IMG/VR virus record: IMGVR_UViG_3300014656_000030
Coordinates: 1-59,773 of that record
Strand: one strand, 5' to 3'
Length of the DNA stretch: 59,773 nucleotides
From: a virus
Lineage: Duplodnaviria > Caudoviricetes
The notes beneath the pieces are model-generated. The model made no database searches, had not been told where the DNA came from, and saw nothing but the letters and a program-made list of their open reading frames with translations. This document shows positions 57,669 through 59,773 of this stretch, piece by piece. The translations under genes and the position numbers were made by a program. Position 1 is the first letter of the stretch. Every line of letters begins with the position of its first letter.

Positions 57669-58220
57669 ATGGGATTGGATATGTATTTAACCAAAAAGAC
57701 GTATGTGCAAAACTGGGACCACACGCCGGAAAAAGGACGTCATGCCGTAATGGTGTTCAAGGGTTGGAAGCCATGCGAACACATCAAGCCGGAACGGGTT
57801 TCGTACATCGAAGAGAATATCGGTTACTGGCGCAAGGCGAACGCGATACATTCATGGTTCGTCAATAATGTCCAGGGCGGCAATGATGATTGTGGGACGT
57901 ACTATGTGCCCAAGGAACAGTTGCAAGGTCTTTTGGATATCGTGAACAAGATTCTTGAAAATTCAGAGGTTGTCGCCGGAACCGTGAGCAATGGGCAGAA
58001 ACTTGAGAACGGCGAATGGACAGACATTCTTGCAGATGGCAAGGTCATAGGCAACCCCGCAATCGCTCAAGAACTCTTGCCAACACAACCCGGCTTTTTC
58101 TTCGGCGGCACGGATTATGACCAATACTATTTCGAGGACTTGAAAAATACAAAGGCTATCCTCGAAAGCGCATTGAAAGAGTACGAACACGGCGAGATAT
58201 ATTATCACTCAAGCTGGTAA
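57669..58220 (+). CDS. Conserved phage protein (MGLDMY family)
   Basis: MGLDMYL, YWRKANAIH.WF, GFFFG..YD..Y, YY.SSW. Confidence 0.75.
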   Translation: MGLDMYLTKKTYVQNWDHTPEKGRHAVMVFKGWKPCEHIKPERVSYIEENIGYWRKANAIHSWFVNNVQGGNDDCGTYYVPKEQLQGLLDIVNKILENSEVVAGTVSNGQKLENGEWTDILADGKVIGNPAIAQELLPTQPGFFFGGTDYDQYYFEDLKNTKAILESALKEYEHGEIYYHSSW

Positions 58221-58540
58221 TCCAGTGGGACGCCGGGCGCGGTCAACACGACGCGCCCATAACCGCCTTCGGGCAAGGGGTGTCAAGATGGAGCGGCAGA
58301 ACATGATGCAAAAGTATCTCAATGAGTGGGTAATATACGGCGGGTTGCCATGTTTGCGAGGGGAAGCACTTGCTGACTTACAGAAGCGCGTCGGCATCAA
58401 GGGCCGGGATGCTTGGCTTATGGGCGGCAATCACACAATGGCCAGCGACGACCCGCGCAACACGCCTGAACATCGAGCGCTGGCAATCAAAATGCTAAAC
58501 GGAGAATTAGACTAACCGCCCACATGGGCAAGGAGCGATT

Positions 58541-58831
58541 ATGAGTGAGCAAAAACACACGCCGGGACCGTGGAAAGCGGGAATGCAAGGGAAGAGCTGG
58601 CGTGTCTTTGCATTCGACGGCACATGCAAAGTGGCGAAATGTTTTTATATGGACGGTCAACTTGGCCCAATTCCTGAGGCCGAGGCCAACGCCCGGCTGA
58701 TAGGGCAAGCCCCGAAGATGAAGGAACTGCTGGAGAGGCTGGCAAGAATTGGAGACATGGCCGGATGGAATGATATTGACCCATTGAAGTTGGAAGCGCA
58801 AGCACTCCTGCGCCGGATTGGGGGTGAGTGA
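58541..58831 (+). CDS. Phage protein with HTPGPW / ANARLI motifs
   Basis: Motifs and AAGGAG RBS. Confidence 0.7.
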   Translation: MSEQKHTPGPWKAGMQGKSWRVFAFDGTCKVAKCFYMDGQLGPIPEAEANARLIGQAPKMKELLERLARIGDMAGWNDIDPLKLEAQALLRRIGGE

Positions 58832-59016
58832 CGATGACGACAGCAGAAAAAATCAGAGAGCTAATACGGGAAGAAAAACCACGCCGCCGCAGGCAGGACG
58901 ACCGGACGCAAATAGTCTGTAATGAATGTGGCCGGCAGTTTGGAAAACGAATCGGTCCCAGGACGTATGAAGTCAAGTGTCCAAAATGCGGCGGATATGA
59001 CACGGAGGTAATATAA
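58828..59016 (+). CDS. Small zinc-ribbon protein
   Basis: CNEC..CPKC. Confidence 0.6.
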   Translation: MTMTTAEKIRELIREEKPRRRRQDDRTQIVCNECGRQFGKRIGPRTYEVKCPKCGGYDTEVI

Positions 59017-59316
59017 ATGCGAACTCAGGAAGAGATAACGCGCGTTTTCGAACGGTGCGTCAAGGACAACCCGAATCTTATCGCAGAAGATTGTCCGTTT
59101 GACTTTCCATTATGTGCCGAATGTAATGTAGAAGAGGTGTTGCGTTGGATTATGGATATATGCCCTCAATCCATGGAGCCATGCAAAGAGGTCAGAATAT
59201 CGTGCGTCACTCACTGCCACTTGAAAGGATAATTCGGAGTGTTGAGGTGAGGGCCAGCGGCCCTTACCTGAGCCTTTCGGATAGGCCGAAGGCAAGGATA
59301 AAAAGGAGGATAGAAT

Positions 59317-59550
59317 ATGGCAAAACGAAAGAAAGTGGTCGTGTATCGCATATTCGTCGGCGCGCATACCGAAATAAAAGATGGGCAGACGCACGATGTT
59401 CCAGCACACTGGCGAGCGTCAGGTTCGATAGGTAAGACGAACGTCATCACTATTGCCGATGGTGAGGACGAGGTGCTGGACCGGTTCGTAATTGCAGTGA
59501 AGGAAAGTCGCGGAATCGACATCGACCTAATAATACGAAACCTATACTGA
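59317..59550 (+). CDS. Hypothetical protein
   Basis: AGGAGG RBS. Confidence 0.6.
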   Translation: MAKRKKVVVYRIFVGAHTEIKDGQTHDVPAHWRASGSIGKTNVITIADGEDEVLDRFVIAVKESRGIDIDLIIRNLY

Positions 59551-59571
59551 ACCAAATACAAGGAGGGCCGA

Positions 59572-59773
59572 ATGCAAAAAACTATTAACGGTAAATCTTA
59601 TAAAATTGGGCCACATGCATACCTGAGCTATGCAGACCTGAGCTATGCAGACCTGCGCGGTGCAAACCTGCGCGGTACAAACCTGAGCTATGCAGACCTG
59701 CGCGGTACAAACCTGAGCTATGCAGACCTGCGCGGTGCAAACCTGCGCGGTACAAACCTGAGCTATGCAGACC
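59572..59773 (+). CDS. Pentapeptide-repeat protein (3'-truncated)
   Basis: AGGAGG RBS; (A/T)(D/N)L(SY/RG) repeats encoded by 15-nt tandem units from ~59620. Confidence 0.85.
   Translation, partial: MQKTINGKSYKIGPHAYLSYADLSYADLRGANLRGTNLSYADLRGTNLSYADLRGANLRGTNLSYAD

Larger units (their letters stand above)
1..59773. mobile_element. Tailed dsDNA bacteriophage genome segment (siphovirus-like)
   Basis: Terminase, portal, capsid, neck, tail tube, tape measure, tail tip, endolysin and replication/recombination genes in phage order; no host housekeeping context. Confidence 0.97.

Noticed and set aside
59620-59773. Tandem repeats as a possible CRISPR array
   Set aside because: 15-nt in-frame units without spacers; they encode pentapeptide repeats
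1-59773. tRNA, integrase, reverse transcriptase/DGR, recoded stop codons
   Set aside because: None recognised; genes pack tightly under the standard code

Overview
This window is a ~60 kb segment of a tailed dsDNA phage with siphovirus-type tail genes. No integrase, tRNA or CRISPR array was seen. It has four blocks. (1) 1-17.8 kb, + strand: the end of a probable DnaE-like polymerase fused to a family-4 UDG; a nucleotide-metabolism/base-modification cluster (Nmad1-like, FAD oxidoreductase-dNTPase fusion, dCMP deaminase, divergent ThyX, MBD4-like glycosylase fused to a thymidylate-synthase-like domain); a DNA methyltransferase; UvsY-like, SSB, RecA, resolvase, split Rad50/Mre11; and small accessory genes. 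(2) 17.8-51.3 kb, - strand: TerS, TerL, portal, head, neck, tail and lysis genes. An ~8.4 kb sugar-biosynthesis/glycosyltransferase/sulfotransferase cassette sits between the major capsid gene and the head-tail connector, and a tail-tip (gpL/DUF2163-like) gene is split by a 3.6 kb insert. (3) 51.3-52.9 kb: non-coding, with a CA/TG-depleted repeat-rich probable terminus, a sigma70-like promoter, a boxA element and an ~440 nt nested-helix candidate ncRNA. (4) 52.9-59.8 kb, + strand: small early genes with repeated leader elements. The best novelty candidates are the virion glycosylation cassette, the cytosine-modification/repair cluster, the large structured RNA and the split tail-tip gene. All family calls come from motif recognition by eye, not database searches.
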